Part shown: positions 51,428 to 59,766 of the stretch, piece after piece
Numbering within the stretch: the first letter of the stretch is position 1
How the letters are laid out: the number at the start of each line of letters is the position of its first letter
Origin: an uncultured Chloroflexia bacterium
GTDB lineage: Bacteria > Chloroflexota > Limnocylindria > Limnocylindrales > CSP1-4
Direction of reading: 5' to 3'
Assembly: GCA_963711105.1 (NCBI GenBank)
Contig: CAVQCV010000005.1
Location: forward strand, 1,025,092-1,089,091
Length of the DNA: 64,000 nucleotides
Made by a program: the position numbers and the translations under genes
The notes under the pieces: generated by a model
The model's input: the letters and a program-made list of their open reading frames with translations, nothing else
Told to the model about the DNA's origin: nothing
The model's database searches: none

Positions 51428-51544
51428 CCAGGCGGCTACCGACGTGCTACTCAGCGTGGCAGGGCCACCGACAGGGGCTCAGTTAGGGGATCGAGAGCGT
51501 AGACTGACGCCAGCGTCCGACATGACGGGAAGGGGTGAACCGGA

Positions 51545-52045
51545 ATGCGCAAGCTCCTACTGGCCGTTGTCCTGGTAGCCGCTGGGTCCCTATCCGGGTG
51601 TGGGGCGGCCACGGACTCGACGGTGCCCACGAATACGGCGACCTCGGCGGCGTTGACGTTGCCGGCCACGACCCCGGCGCCCGTCGCGGCATCAGCTACG
51701 CCCGCAGCTACTAGCCGGTGCGAGACGCCGAGCCAGACACTCGTGGATGCGATCTCCAGCGGCCTCAAGATCGGTGGCGGCGGCACCATAAGGGGCGCGC
51801 AAGCCGTACGGTCGACTGATTTCGAGAGGGTCTGGTTCGTCTCCGCCGACCTCCAGGGATCGGGGCTGGAGGGCAAGACCGACATCGCCACGTGGGCCAC
51901 AAACGACCTGAACGGCGCCGGAGCGATCTACTCCGTCGATGCCGTTGCGGCCGAGTTCAGCGACTGGGGGAGGCCGCCCAGCATGAGCATGAGCGACGAT
52001 GGGGCCCAAGCCTCCGCTCAGTGCGCCAGAGATAGCGTCAAGTAG
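51545..52045 (+). CDS. Lipoprotein, hypothetical
   Basis: Signal peptide with lipobox (AAGSLSGC). 166 aa. Confidence 0.55.
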   Translation: MRKLLLAVVLVAAGSLSGCGAATDSTVPTNTATSAALTLPATTPAPVAASATPAATSRCETPSQTLVDAISSGLKIGGGGTIRGAQAVRSTDFERVWFVSADLQGSGLEGKTDIATWATNDLNGAGAIYSVDAVAAEFSDWGRPPSMSMSDDGAQASAQCARDSVK

Positions 52046-52232
52046 ACGGGCCAGGGACAGCCGCTCAACCTGCCGAGAGCCACGGCAGGCACCTGCCGGC
52101 GGTCGCCATCTCGCGGGCGTACTCGGGCAGGCAGTCGAAGCACGGCCGATCCTGAGCGTGGCTGGGTCACCGAAAGGGGGCCAGTCAGAGGATGTAGGAG
52201 ACTAGACTTGGAGTCTGACTGGCCGTTCATGT

Positions 52233-52985
52233 ATGGGTGGTCCGCAGATTGGACGGAGGGCGACAACCGTGACCGACAGGGCGGAACACGAGCCGGTTAT
52301 GCCGGTTGTGCCGAAGACTCCCAAATGGGAAGAGTACGCCCGTGAGCGGGTCAGGGTCGGGATCAAGAAATTTTCCAAGCCGCTCGCCGAGTTCCTCGCC
52401 CGAGACGCGAACGAGGGCGACACGCGGCTCCTCGTAACCGACTTCCTGTGCGAAGCCCTGGGCTTCGACAAGTTCTCAGAGCTGGCCACCGAGTATGTGG
52501 TCAAGGGCGAGTTCGCCGACTACGGCGTCCGGATCGACAAACAGCTCGTGGCCTTCATCGAGGTCAAGCGGGTCGCCACCAAGCTCAGCCAGAACCACCT
52601 TCGCCAGGTCGAGATGTACGCGGTCAACGAGGGCATCGAATGGATGATCCTCACCAACGGCGCGCAATGGCAGGCCTACCACCTGACCCCCGGCATGCCT
52701 GTCCAGATCGACCTCGCGCTCGAGGTGGACCTCCTGGGCCCCGACTCACCCGCCAAGAAGGCTGATGCGATCTACCACCTGACCCGCGAAGCCCTGAAGC
52801 GCCGCGTAATTGACGAACTCTGGAAGGCCAAGCGCACTTCGTCGCCGAGGGCCATAGCCCAAATCCTCGCCTCGCCCGCTGTCGCCACGGTCGTCCGCAA
52901 GGAGTTAGGGCGCCAGGGCTACCGGGCCACGGACGCCGAGGCCGCTGCTCTCATCAAGGCGGCGATCCGAGCCGACTGCCAGTAG
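52233..52985 (+). CDS. HSDR_N-like PD-(D/E)xK nuclease-fold protein (standalone type I R-subunit N-terminal domain homolog)
   Basis: Motif order D(TRLLVTDF)...D(YGVRID)...EVK...TNG matches the HSDR_N_2 restriction-endonuclease-like core. Start probably internal (MPVVPKTPKWEEY). Confidence 0.55.
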   Translation: MGGPQIGRRATTVTDRAEHEPVMPVVPKTPKWEEYARERVRVGIKKFSKPLAEFLARDANEGDTRLLVTDFLCEALGFDKFSELATEYVVKGEFADYGVRIDKQLVAFIEVKRVATKLSQNHLRQVEMYAVNEGIEWMILTNGAQWQAYHLTPGMPVQIDLALEVDLLGPDSPAKKADAIYHLTREALKRRVIDELWKAKRTSSPRAIAQILASPAVATVVRKELGRQGYRATDAEAAALIKAAIRADCQ

Positions 52986-52990
52986 AGGAC

Positions 52991-53007
52991 CCCCCCCGGG
53001 GGGGGGC
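52991..53007. terminator. C8G9 homopolymer palindrome, possible bidirectional terminator
   Basis: ccccccccggggggggg lies between convergent genes ending at 52985 (+) and 53042 (-). Confidence 0.45.
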
Positions 53008-53041
53008 GCATGTCGATCTTCTTTCGCGCGTTGGCTTCTTG

Positions 53042-54133
53042 TCAGCGGTAGCGGGCGTCCGGATCGGGGCCGATCGGGTCGGAGTACGGCGCCTCCGGGG
53101 TCGCCATCCCAGCGGCCACGGTCTTGGCCCGAATGGACTCGACCACGAAACGGTTCACCTGGCCGTCGGTCGGATCGCCGACTGCGCGGGCTGCCGCGAT
53201 GGCGGCCCGGCTGGCTCGCGCATGGATGGCGGCCTGCTCGACCCTCCACGATTCGACTTCGGCGTTGACGGCGTCCCGAGCTTCGGCCGCTTCTGCGTGG
53301 CCGTCCCACGTTGCCACGTACGCGGCCTCGAGCCGGTCGACCATCCGTGTGGCTGCGGGGACTCCGTGTTCCTGAGCAGCCATCGCGAAGGCCCGGGCGT
53401 TGACCAGATCGCCGGCCGCTTCGGCGGCTTCGGCCTGCCCGAGCAGGATGTTGGCGGCGGCGGTCGGGCCGCTGACGGTCTTCGCCAGTCGGGCCGCCCG
53501 GAGCTCTATGCCCATGTCGACATTGACTTGTTCTGGCGTCCGGGTGTCGCGGGCGAGGGCCTTCCGGGCGTCGCCGGCGGCCTTCGCGCGCCACGTTTCC
53601 ATCCCGCCAGCGGCCCGAGCTGTTACGTGGTCGAGGGCGTCCAGGAGGCGCTTGCGCTCGCGGGTCTTCCACTCCCGATCGAGGCCGTTGTCTTCGGTGA
53701 GCTTCTCGAGGGCCGCGGTGATCTCGGCGGCCTGCTGTTGCGTTACGTTCCTGATCTTGCGGGCGGTTTCGATCGCGATATCGGGGGGCATGGTCTTCTC
53801 CTGTCGCTTGGCCTCGCGACGCAGGCGCGCCGCTTCGGCGGTTAGGGTGGCCGGGTCGGGTGAACCGGCCAGGCCGAGCTTGTCCATGAGCGTCGCCGTC
53901 GCCGACTCCGTGCCGGGCGTCGGGGCCGCGAGCAGCCCGGCCAGGGCTTCGTATCGGTCCGCCTGCCTTCGCGTCTCGGCGATGCGCTCCGCTGGCTTCA
54001 TCGCGGCCTGTTGGATCGCGGCCTGACGGGCTTCCTCTTGCTCTCGCTGGGCGGCGCGAATGGCGATTTCCTGCCGCTCTTCTCGGGCTCGCGCTTCCGG
54101 CGACATGGCGGCTCGGCGGCTCCAGCTGTTCAT
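53042..54133 (-). CDS. Hypothetical Ala/Arg/Glu-rich protein (363 aa)
   Basis: First gene of a four-gene minus-strand operon with overlapping stop/start codons. Confidence 0.5.
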   Translation of the reverse strand: MNSWSRRAAMSPEARAREERQEIAIRAAQREQEEARQAAIQQAAMKPAERIAETRRQADRYEALAGLLAAPTPGTESATATLMDKLGLAGSPDPATLTAEAARLRREAKRQEKTMPPDIAIETARKIRNVTQQQAAEITAALEKLTEDNGLDREWKTRERKRLLDALDHVTARAAGGMETWRAKAAGDARKALARDTRTPEQVNVDMGIELRAARLAKTVSGPTAAANILLGQAEAAEAAGDLVNARAFAMAAQEHGVPAATRMVDRLEAAYVATWDGHAEAAEARDAVNAEVESWRVEQAAIHARASRAAIAAARAVGDPTDGQVNRFVVESIRAKTVAAGMATPEAPYSDPIGPDPDARYR

Positions 54134-54576
54134 CGCTCGTCACCTGCCTCTGTGGCAGCCTCAGAGGGCCGCTCTACGGGGGGTGCGGGGTCGGAGCGGA
54201 CATTGGCGCCACTCGGGCAATCGGAGCGCCAGGAGGCCGGGTCCCGATAGCCGAGCACTGCGGCCCTGACGTCGGGCGAGAGACGATCGAGAGCGGCGGC
54301 CATCGCGGCCATGCCGGCTTGCGTTTCGGCGTGCTCGGCCAGCTGCCGGCGGATCGCTCCGATGACGGCGGCCTGGGTGGCGTCGGCTGGTTGGCACTCG
54401 GCCAGGAACGCGGCCAGGTCCAGGCTGATGCCGAACGACCGACCGGGCCAGTCGGCGTACAGGGCGGCGCGTACAAGCCATCCGGCGTCAAGGTCGACGG
54501 ATCGGCCGTCCGGGCTCGCGAACGTGGCGGCCGGCCGGGAGGGACCCGCGATCGGGTCGGTTGCGGGGAACCTCAT
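54130..54576 (-). CDS. Hypothetical protein (148 aa)
   Basis: 4-bp overlap with the downstream gene. Good periodicity. Confidence 0.45.
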   Translation of the reverse strand: MRFPATDPIAGPSRPAATFASPDGRSVDLDAGWLVRAALYADWPGRSFGISLDLAAFLAECQPADATQAAVIGAIRRQLAEHAETQAGMAAMAAALDRLSPDVRAAVLGYRDPASWRSDCPSGANVRSDPAPPVERPSEAATEAGDER

Positions 54577-54872
54577 CGCGGCGCCTTCGCTTTCGGGGCG
54601 CGGGCGGCCTTCGCGGCCAGGATGAGCGAGCGCTCGACGTCGCCTCCGTCCGGGTTCGAGTCGGGGTCGCAGCCAGCCAAGAAGTCGATCGCCTCATCGG
54701 ACAGGAGGCCGAGCGACGGCTCTCCGGGGGCGGCCAGGTAGGCGTCCAACGGCACCGTCAACGGGAGCGCCAGGGTTGAGCCGTCGGGCCGGCGGAAGAC
54801 TGCCCGGCCAGCCGATGCGACCGCATCGATGTCCTGCCGCAGCCGGCGGGCGCGGAGCGAGATACGAGACAT
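54573..54872 (-). CDS. Hypothetical protein (99 aa)
   Basis: 4-bp overlaps on both sides. Confidence 0.4.
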   Translation of the reverse strand: MSRISLRARRLRQDIDAVASAGRAVFRRPDGSTLALPLTVPLDAYLAAPGEPSLGLLSDEAIDFLAGCDPDSNPDGGDVERSLILAAKAARAPKAKAPR

Positions 54873-54873
54873 G

Positions 54874-55302
54874 TCAACCTCCTGGGGCTACGCGGGGTCG
54901 GGTGAATACTTCGCCCAGCTCGCCCGACTGGACGGCCGCAACCTGCTCCTCGAGCTCGGCCAGGCGATCGGTGACCACGGCCTCGTCATGTACCTGGACG
55001 ATCGATCGGGCCAGGCTGGCGATCGCATGGCCACGGGCGGGATCGAGTGAGCCGGAGAACGTCTCGGCGAGTGCCTGCTCGAGCGTCGCGGCCACGCCGG
55101 AGAACGGGCCTTGGCGGACGATCCGGTAGGCGCGGGCGAGGTTCGAGCGATGCCGGCCGCCCTTCGCGGAGCCGGTGCGGCGGGCGTCCAGGGCAGCCGG
55201 GTCCTGGGAGTGGGCCAGGCATCCCCCGTCCGGCTGCGTGGCGAAGCTGCCGCAGGGCGAGCCGTCGCGCCGTCGATACCGGCACTGGGGCTGTGGGGTC
55301 AT
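54874..55302 (-). CDS. Hypothetical protein with N-terminal Cys/His cluster (142 aa)
   Basis: CRYRRRDGSPCGSF...GGCLAH motif suggests a zinc-binding protein. Confidence 0.45.
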   Translation of the reverse strand: MTPQPQCRYRRRDGSPCGSFATQPDGGCLAHSQDPAALDARRTGSAKGGRHRSNLARAYRIVRQGPFSGVAATLEQALAETFSGSLDPARGHAIASLARSIVQVHDEAVVTDRLAELEEQVAAVQSGELGEVFTRPRVAPGG

Positions 55303-55549
55303 CGTTCCATCCCCTGACTGGGGGAGTTTCGGGAGGCGTTCGGGCGGGTCGCTGAGCGTGAACGGCGGGCCCCTTGGACCGGCTGATCGTCAATCAGGGG
55401 ATCAGCCCGGCAGACGTCGCAAACCCAGCCGGCGCCGTCTCGGCGATGCCCGAATTGATGGGCGGCGTAGTCGTCGCAGCGGACCGTCTCAGACGGCGCG
55501 GCGCTCACGGGGCCGGCCGGCTCCGCGTCCGGCGGCGTGGACAGGTACA

Positions 55550-55849
55550 TCATCCGACGGCCCTCCGGCGAGGCAGGTCTACGACGTCGGCCGACTCGTG
55601 CGCGTGCGTGGGGGCTGGGGCGGCCTGGGCCGAGCACAGGCGGACAGGGTGGGCGCCTTCGAGCGGGACAGTTTCGTCGATCGTCCCAGGAACGACGGCC
55701 GCAACCGTGCGCCACGTCTCGGCCGCGTCTTCGATCGTGTCGGTGATCGACACCAGGGCGAAGGCCGCTACGTCTCGGCACTCTCCGTCGACCAGGGCGT
55801 GCCACGGCTCGGCCACGGGGCACAGGCTGACGATCCGCTCCGCGCTCAC
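55550..55849 (-). CDS. Hypothetical protein
   Basis: GTG start overlapping the stop of the upstream gene (GTGA). Confidence 0.35.
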   Translation of the reverse strand: MSAERIVSLCPVAEPWHALVDGECRDVAAFALVSITDTIEDAAETWRTVAAVVPGTIDETVPLEGAHPVRLCSAQAAPAPTHAHESADVVDLPRRRAVG

Positions 55850-56685
55850 GACGTGGCAGCCTTTCGCCCGGCGATCTTCGCGGCGCAGCGAAGGCAGTAC
55901 TTGGATCCGTCGCCGGGGTGGTCGGCCGCGTGTCCCACCATGTCGTAGCACCACGGACTCGACCAGGTTGCGGCGCGATCGACTCCGATTCGCGTCGCTG
56001 GGTCCGATCCGGTTGTGCCGTTCTGTTGCGGAAGAATCGGCGCTATCTCCGCTCGATCAACCGGCTCCGACCCTTCCGTCGAAGAAAGCTCGGCTGCGGC
56101 TTGAGAAGAACGGTTGAGTTCTGGATTCTGTCCTACTCGGACGGAGGTACCAACCGGAATCTCAGTCTCAGTAGGAATCTCAGTCTCAGTAGTTGGATCG
56201 ACCGTTGGCTGATTGCCCAACGGTTCGTTGGCTGATTGCCCAACGGTTCGTTGGCTGGTTCGTTGGGATCGCGGCAGGAAATGCCCGGCATCGTCTCGAC
56301 GGGCCGCCCGAGCGGAGGCCTGACCGGCGACCTTCGCGGCCTCGATCCGCTTCGCCCTGGCCTCTTCTTGGGTTGGGATGCGATAGCGGTAGTCCGGCAG
56401 CCGCTCGATTAGGCCGAGCCGGGCCAGCTCATCCGCCAGTTCGTCCGATACCGAGCGGTTGAGATCTGCCGGACTCGGCCAGGCGCGATCCGCAGCCAGC
56501 GTGAGCCGAACCAAGACGGCGAGCTTGCGATCATCCGAGTAGACGCCAGCGAGGGCCGGATCGTCCGCGAGGGCATGGGGCAGTCGGACCCAGGCCTCGC
56601 GGCGCAGGTCAACCGCGCGGCTGCTCATCGTACGGGCCCTGGAGTGGAGGCGGGACCGCCCAGGCCGACGATCCCGCCCGCACAC
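55846..56685 (-). CDS. Putative DNA-binding/replication protein of the element
   Basis: N-terminal winged-helix-like segment, central low-complexity region encoded by DNA-level repeats, C-terminal Cys/His cluster (HPGDGSKYCLRCAAK). The function is a guess. Confidence 0.4.
   Translation of the reverse strand: MCGRDRRPGRSRLHSRARTMSSRAVDLRREAWVRLPHALADDPALAGVYSDDRKLAVLVRLTLAADRAWPSPADLNRSVSDELADELARLGLIERLPDYRYRIPTQEEARAKRIEAAKVAGQASARAARRDDAGHFLPRSQRTSQRTVGQSANEPLGNQPTVDPTTETEIPTETEIPVGTSVRVGQNPELNRSSQAAAELSSTEGSEPVDRAEIAPILPQQNGTTGSDPATRIGVDRAATWSSPWCYDMVGHAADHPGDGSKYCLRCAAKIAGRKAATS
56157..56260. repeat. Direct and inverted repeats (18-bp x2, then 23-bp x2 plus a partial copy containing ccgttgg-N8-ccaacgg)
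   Basis: gaatctcagtctcagtag x2 (56157-56192). cgttggctgattgcccaacggtt x2 plus a partial copy (56204-56260). The 23-bp unit is out of frame between copies, so these repeats are DNA-level. Confidence 0.75.
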
Positions 56686-56953
56686 GGCTGGGAGGATGCT
56701 GATTGCCGGCGACGTCGCGCCTGGCTCGCTCTGAGGCTCAGGGCCGCCATGTGCTGCCGGCGAAGGAAAGCGGCCCGGCGGCTCGCCTCCTCGGGTGTGA
56801 GGCTCTCGCCGCGGGCAGCCGCTTCCTCGATGGCCCGCCGCACGAACCCGGCCAGCTGCCCGGCGAGGGCCGGGGCGACGTTGGTCTTGCCTTGAGCATG
56901 AAGCGCGAACGCGCCGATCCGGGCGCGTGTGGAGCGCTCCGCGGCGGTGAGGC

Positions 56954-57205
56954 TCACCGGAGGACCTCGAGCTCGGCCGGGTCCACTCCGATGGCTTCGA
57001 GCCACGCGGCCTGTCGGCGCGCCGGCATCGGAGAGACGCCGTTCTCGACCGCAGTCACGAAGACCCGGGCGACGCCAAGATGGCCGGCGAGTTGCTCCTG
57101 GCTGAGGCCCGCCATCAGCCGACGCTCCACCAGGAGCCGGAGAGCGGGTGCGCGCTCGCTCAGCGGCAGGCGGGAGGCTGGGAACCTGCGCGTACGAAAG
57201 GCCAC
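56954..57205 (-). CDS. XRE/Cro-like HTH protein (regulator or excisionase candidate)
   Basis: HTH LSQEQLAGHLGVARVFVTAVENG. 83 aa. Upstream of the integrase. Confidence 0.55.
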   Translation of the reverse strand: MAFRTRRFPASRLPLSERAPALRLLVERRLMAGLSQEQLAGHLGVARVFVTAVENGVSPMPARRQAAWLEAIGVDPAELEVLR

Positions 57206-57527
57206 CGGACCACCTCACGTTGAGGTTGTCCCGGTGGCCTCTGACTGCGGCTCGGGTTTCGCTTATCTCGATGGATTGGCCGGCTATCCCGCCCTCACGG
57301 CGTGTATCAAGTCGTGCCGGACCTTCTTGAAGCCTCGGAGTCTTGAACGGGCCTTGTGTGCTTCTCTCGCTGCGAGCGCCTCGTTCTGAGGGCCTGTGCG
57401 CTTCTCTCGCTGTGGAGGGTCCGCTCCGTGCTGACCGCCGATCCATCACGGCGTCCGTACTTACGGTATGGTGCCGTGTAGGCCGGTGTCAAGCCGTCCC
57501 CGTGATCTCGGCTACCTCGGGGCTCCC

Positions 57528-58541
57528 CTACAGCCGGTCGGCCGGACTCAGCCGTCGGTGCGCCTCCCGGGCGCGTTCGTCCGCGGCGCTCGCCCCGTAC
57601 CGGCTCAGCATCGTTCGGGATCTCCAGCCGGCAAGGCGCATCAGGTCGGTTTCGTTCCCACCCGCCGACAGCCACCCCGACGCGAACGAATGGCGCAACA
57701 CGTGGGCGTGGAACCCCTCAACCCCGGCCACGGCGGCCCGGCGCTTGAGGGCCTGGACGATGCCGCGACTCTCGAGCCGACCGCGCCTGCCGAGCCAGAA
57801 CCATTCGCTGCTCGCGTCGCGATGGTGGGCGCGGGCGCGCATGTAGCGATTGAGGGCACGGCCGACGGTGGCGCCGAACGGGAGGGCGCGGCGCGATCCG
57901 CCCTTGCCCACCACCACGGCGACGGCTTGCGTCATGTCGACGTCAGCGGTCGTGAGGTTGGCGACTTCGCTCAACCGGGCACCCGTGTCGAAGTACAACA
58001 GCAACAGGGCGAGGTCCCGGCGATCCTCGAATTCGGTCCCGCCGCATGCCCGGACGAGGGCGGCGATCTGCTCCTGCGTCAGCACGGGCACTGGATCGAC
58101 GGCCACGGCCGGTTGCTTCATGCGCGCCATCGGCGAAAGCGTGATCTCGCCCTCTTCGATCATGTAGGCGAAGAATGGCCGGAGTGAGCGGAAGCGGAGC
58201 GCCACGGTTGCCGGAGAGCGCCCGCGCTCGGTCAGGTCCAGTAGGAACGCCTCGACATGCTCGCGGCGTATCGCGCTCGCCTGAGTCGGCATCCCCCGAT
58301 CGGCCAGGAAGTCGCCCAGCTGCCGCAGGCTGTCCGCGTAGCTCTCGATGGTCCGGGGGCTCTTGTGCTCCGCCCTAAGATGGGTCGTCCAGGGCTCGAC
58401 TTCGGCCCGGACGTCGCCAAAGCGGGTGCCGGTTGTGGTCTGTTCGGTCATTCGGTCCCCTTTGGAATGTGTCCAGTAAGGGGATCGTACCACCGACGTG
58501 CTAACCGTCAACGGCCGGAGGCCACCCAGTAAGGGGCTCAA
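57528..58541 (-). CDS. int: Tyrosine recombinase / phage-type integrase
   Basis: SAM-like N-domain plus catalytic domain with R...HxxR (HVLRHSFAS) and the Tyr region ([13 protein letters not shown]). Start possibly at the internal MTEQTTTG. Confidence 0.9.
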   Translation of the reverse strand: MSPLLGGLRPLTVSTSVVRSPYWTHSKGDRMTEQTTTGTRFGDVRAEVEPWTTHLRAEHKSPRTIESYADSLRQLGDFLADRGMPTQASAIRREHVEAFLLDLTERGRSPATVALRFRSLRPFFAYMIEEGEITLSPMARMKQPAVAVDPVPVLTQEQIAALVRACGGTEFEDRRDLALLLLYFDTGARLSEVANLTTADVDMTQAVAVVVGKGGSRRALPFGATVGRALNRYMRARAHHRDASSEWFWLGRRGRLESRGIVQALKRRAAVAGVEGFHAHVLRHSFASGWLSAGGNETDLMRLAGWRSRTMLSRYGASAADERAREAHRRLSPADRL

Positions 58542-58562
58542 TCTGAGCGTGAACCGGGGGGT

Positions 58563-58637
58563 TGGCTGGCGCGCTAGGATTCGAACCTAGAATCCCCTGA
58601 TCCAGAGTCAGGTGCCTTACCGTTAGGCCACGCGCCA
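58563..58637 (-). tRNA. tRNA-Gln (anticodon CTG)
   Basis: Hand-folded 75-nt cloverleaf. U1-A72 acceptor (TGGCGCG/CGCGCCA), anticodon stem CCTGA/TCAGG, loop CTCTGGA, T-arm CTAGG-TTCGAAT-CCTAG, encoded CCA. Confidence 0.85.
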
Positions 58638-58760
58638 GCGGTCGGCTGATCTTAGCGGATTCCGTGGCGGCGCGGCTTTCGGCAGCGTACGCGCTCAGCA
58701 ACGCCGGTCGAGACTCGAGCCGACCCCGCCTGTCACTCTCCCCCGCGAACGGAGGGACGT

Positions 58761-59681
58761 TTGGAAGAACAGGCCAACGCGGTTCAGCGGATGCAGGATT
58801 ACGTCGAGAGACACCTGGATCGCCGGATCACGCTCGACGAGCTGGCGGAGGCGGCCGGGTATTCGCCCTGGCACGCGACCCGGCTCTTCCGGGAGTACGT
58901 GGGCATCGGGCCCTCGGACTACCTGCGCGCCCGGCGGCTTACGGTGGCAGCGATGAAACTGCGCGATTCCTCGGACCGAGTCCTGGACGTCGCCCTTGGC
59001 GCCGGCTTCGGCTCGCACGACGGATTCACGCGGGCATTCGCCGACCGCTTCGGCCTGACTCCCAATCGTTATCGAGCGGAGGCGCCGCCGCTGCCTCTGT
59101 TCCTGCCGCGGAATGCCCGCGGCGAGTACCTGTACGCAACGGAGGGAGCGAACCCGATGACCGAATCCGTGACGGCCCAGGCCGCCAAACCCATCTCGAG
59201 CCCCATCTTCGTCCGGGCCGTAGAGCGACCCCGGCGCAAGTTCATCCTTCTGCGGGGACGCCAGGCAACCGACTACATGGCCTACTGCGAGGAGGTCGGC
59301 TGCGACATCTGGGGCATTCTCCTCAGCGTCAAGGGCGCCCTCGACGAGCCGATGGGCGTATGGCTGCCCGAGTCGCTCCGGCGTCCGGGCACCTCGGTAT
59401 ACGCCCAGGGGGTCGAAGTCCCGCTCGACTACTCGAGCCAGGTGCCGGACGGCTGTGAGCTGATCGAGCTGCCGGCCTGCACGTATCTCCTATTCCAGGG
59501 CCAGCCGTATCGAGAGGAGGATTGGGCCCGAGCCATCGGCGAAACCTGGGAGGCCATCAAGGTCTTCGACCCGGAGCCGCTCGGCTTCAGCTGGGCGCCC
59601 GATAGCGGGCCGCGCTACCAGCTCGAGCCGGTCGCCGCCCGCGGCTACATCGAGGCCTGGCCGGTCCGACCCACGAAGTAG
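58761..59681 (+). CDS. AraC-family transcriptional regulator with GyrI-like effector domain
   Basis: N-terminal AraC HTH (ITLDELAEAAGYSPWHATRLF...GFGSHDGFTRAF). C-terminal domain of about 160 aa. Confidence 0.75.
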   Translation: MEEQANAVQRMQDYVERHLDRRITLDELAEAAGYSPWHATRLFREYVGIGPSDYLRARRLTVAAMKLRDSSDRVLDVALGAGFGSHDGFTRAFADRFGLTPNRYRAEAPPLPLFLPRNARGEYLYATEGANPMTESVTAQAAKPISSPIFVRAVERPRRKFILLRGRQATDYMAYCEEVGCDIWGILLSVKGALDEPMGVWLPESLRRPGTSVYAQGVEVPLDYSSQVPDGCELIELPACTYLLFQGQPYREEDWARAIGETWEAIKVFDPEPLGFSWAPDSGPRYQLEPVAARGYIEAWPVRPTK

Positions 59682-59766
59682 GCACGGACGCTCTTCTTAC
59701 GGTCCCCTTGCGAAACGTGCCAGGCGCCCGGTGGATGACCCTCCGGGCGCCTGCCATCCTGGGGCC

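Larger units (their letters stand above)
51380..58637. mobile_element. Integrative element (genomic islet, ~7.3 kb) inserted at the 3' end of tRNA-Gln
   Basis: A perfect 48-bp direct repeat (51380-51427 and 58563-58610) equals the 3' half of tRNA-Gln. A tyrosine integrase abuts the intact tRNA. Cargo is dominated by short, overlapping hypothetical genes. Confidence 0.7.

Noticed and set aside
51380-51460. Second tRNA-Gln gene
   Set aside because: Only the 3' 48 nt match tRNA-Gln. The upstream sequence cannot pair to form an acceptor or D stem. It is interpreted as the att duplication of the integrative element.
55299-55823. 174-aa minus-strand ORF inside the element
   Set aside because: It overlaps the 55550-55849 ORF, which is GTGA-coupled to its upstream gene, in another frame. 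The composition is Arg/Pro-rich.
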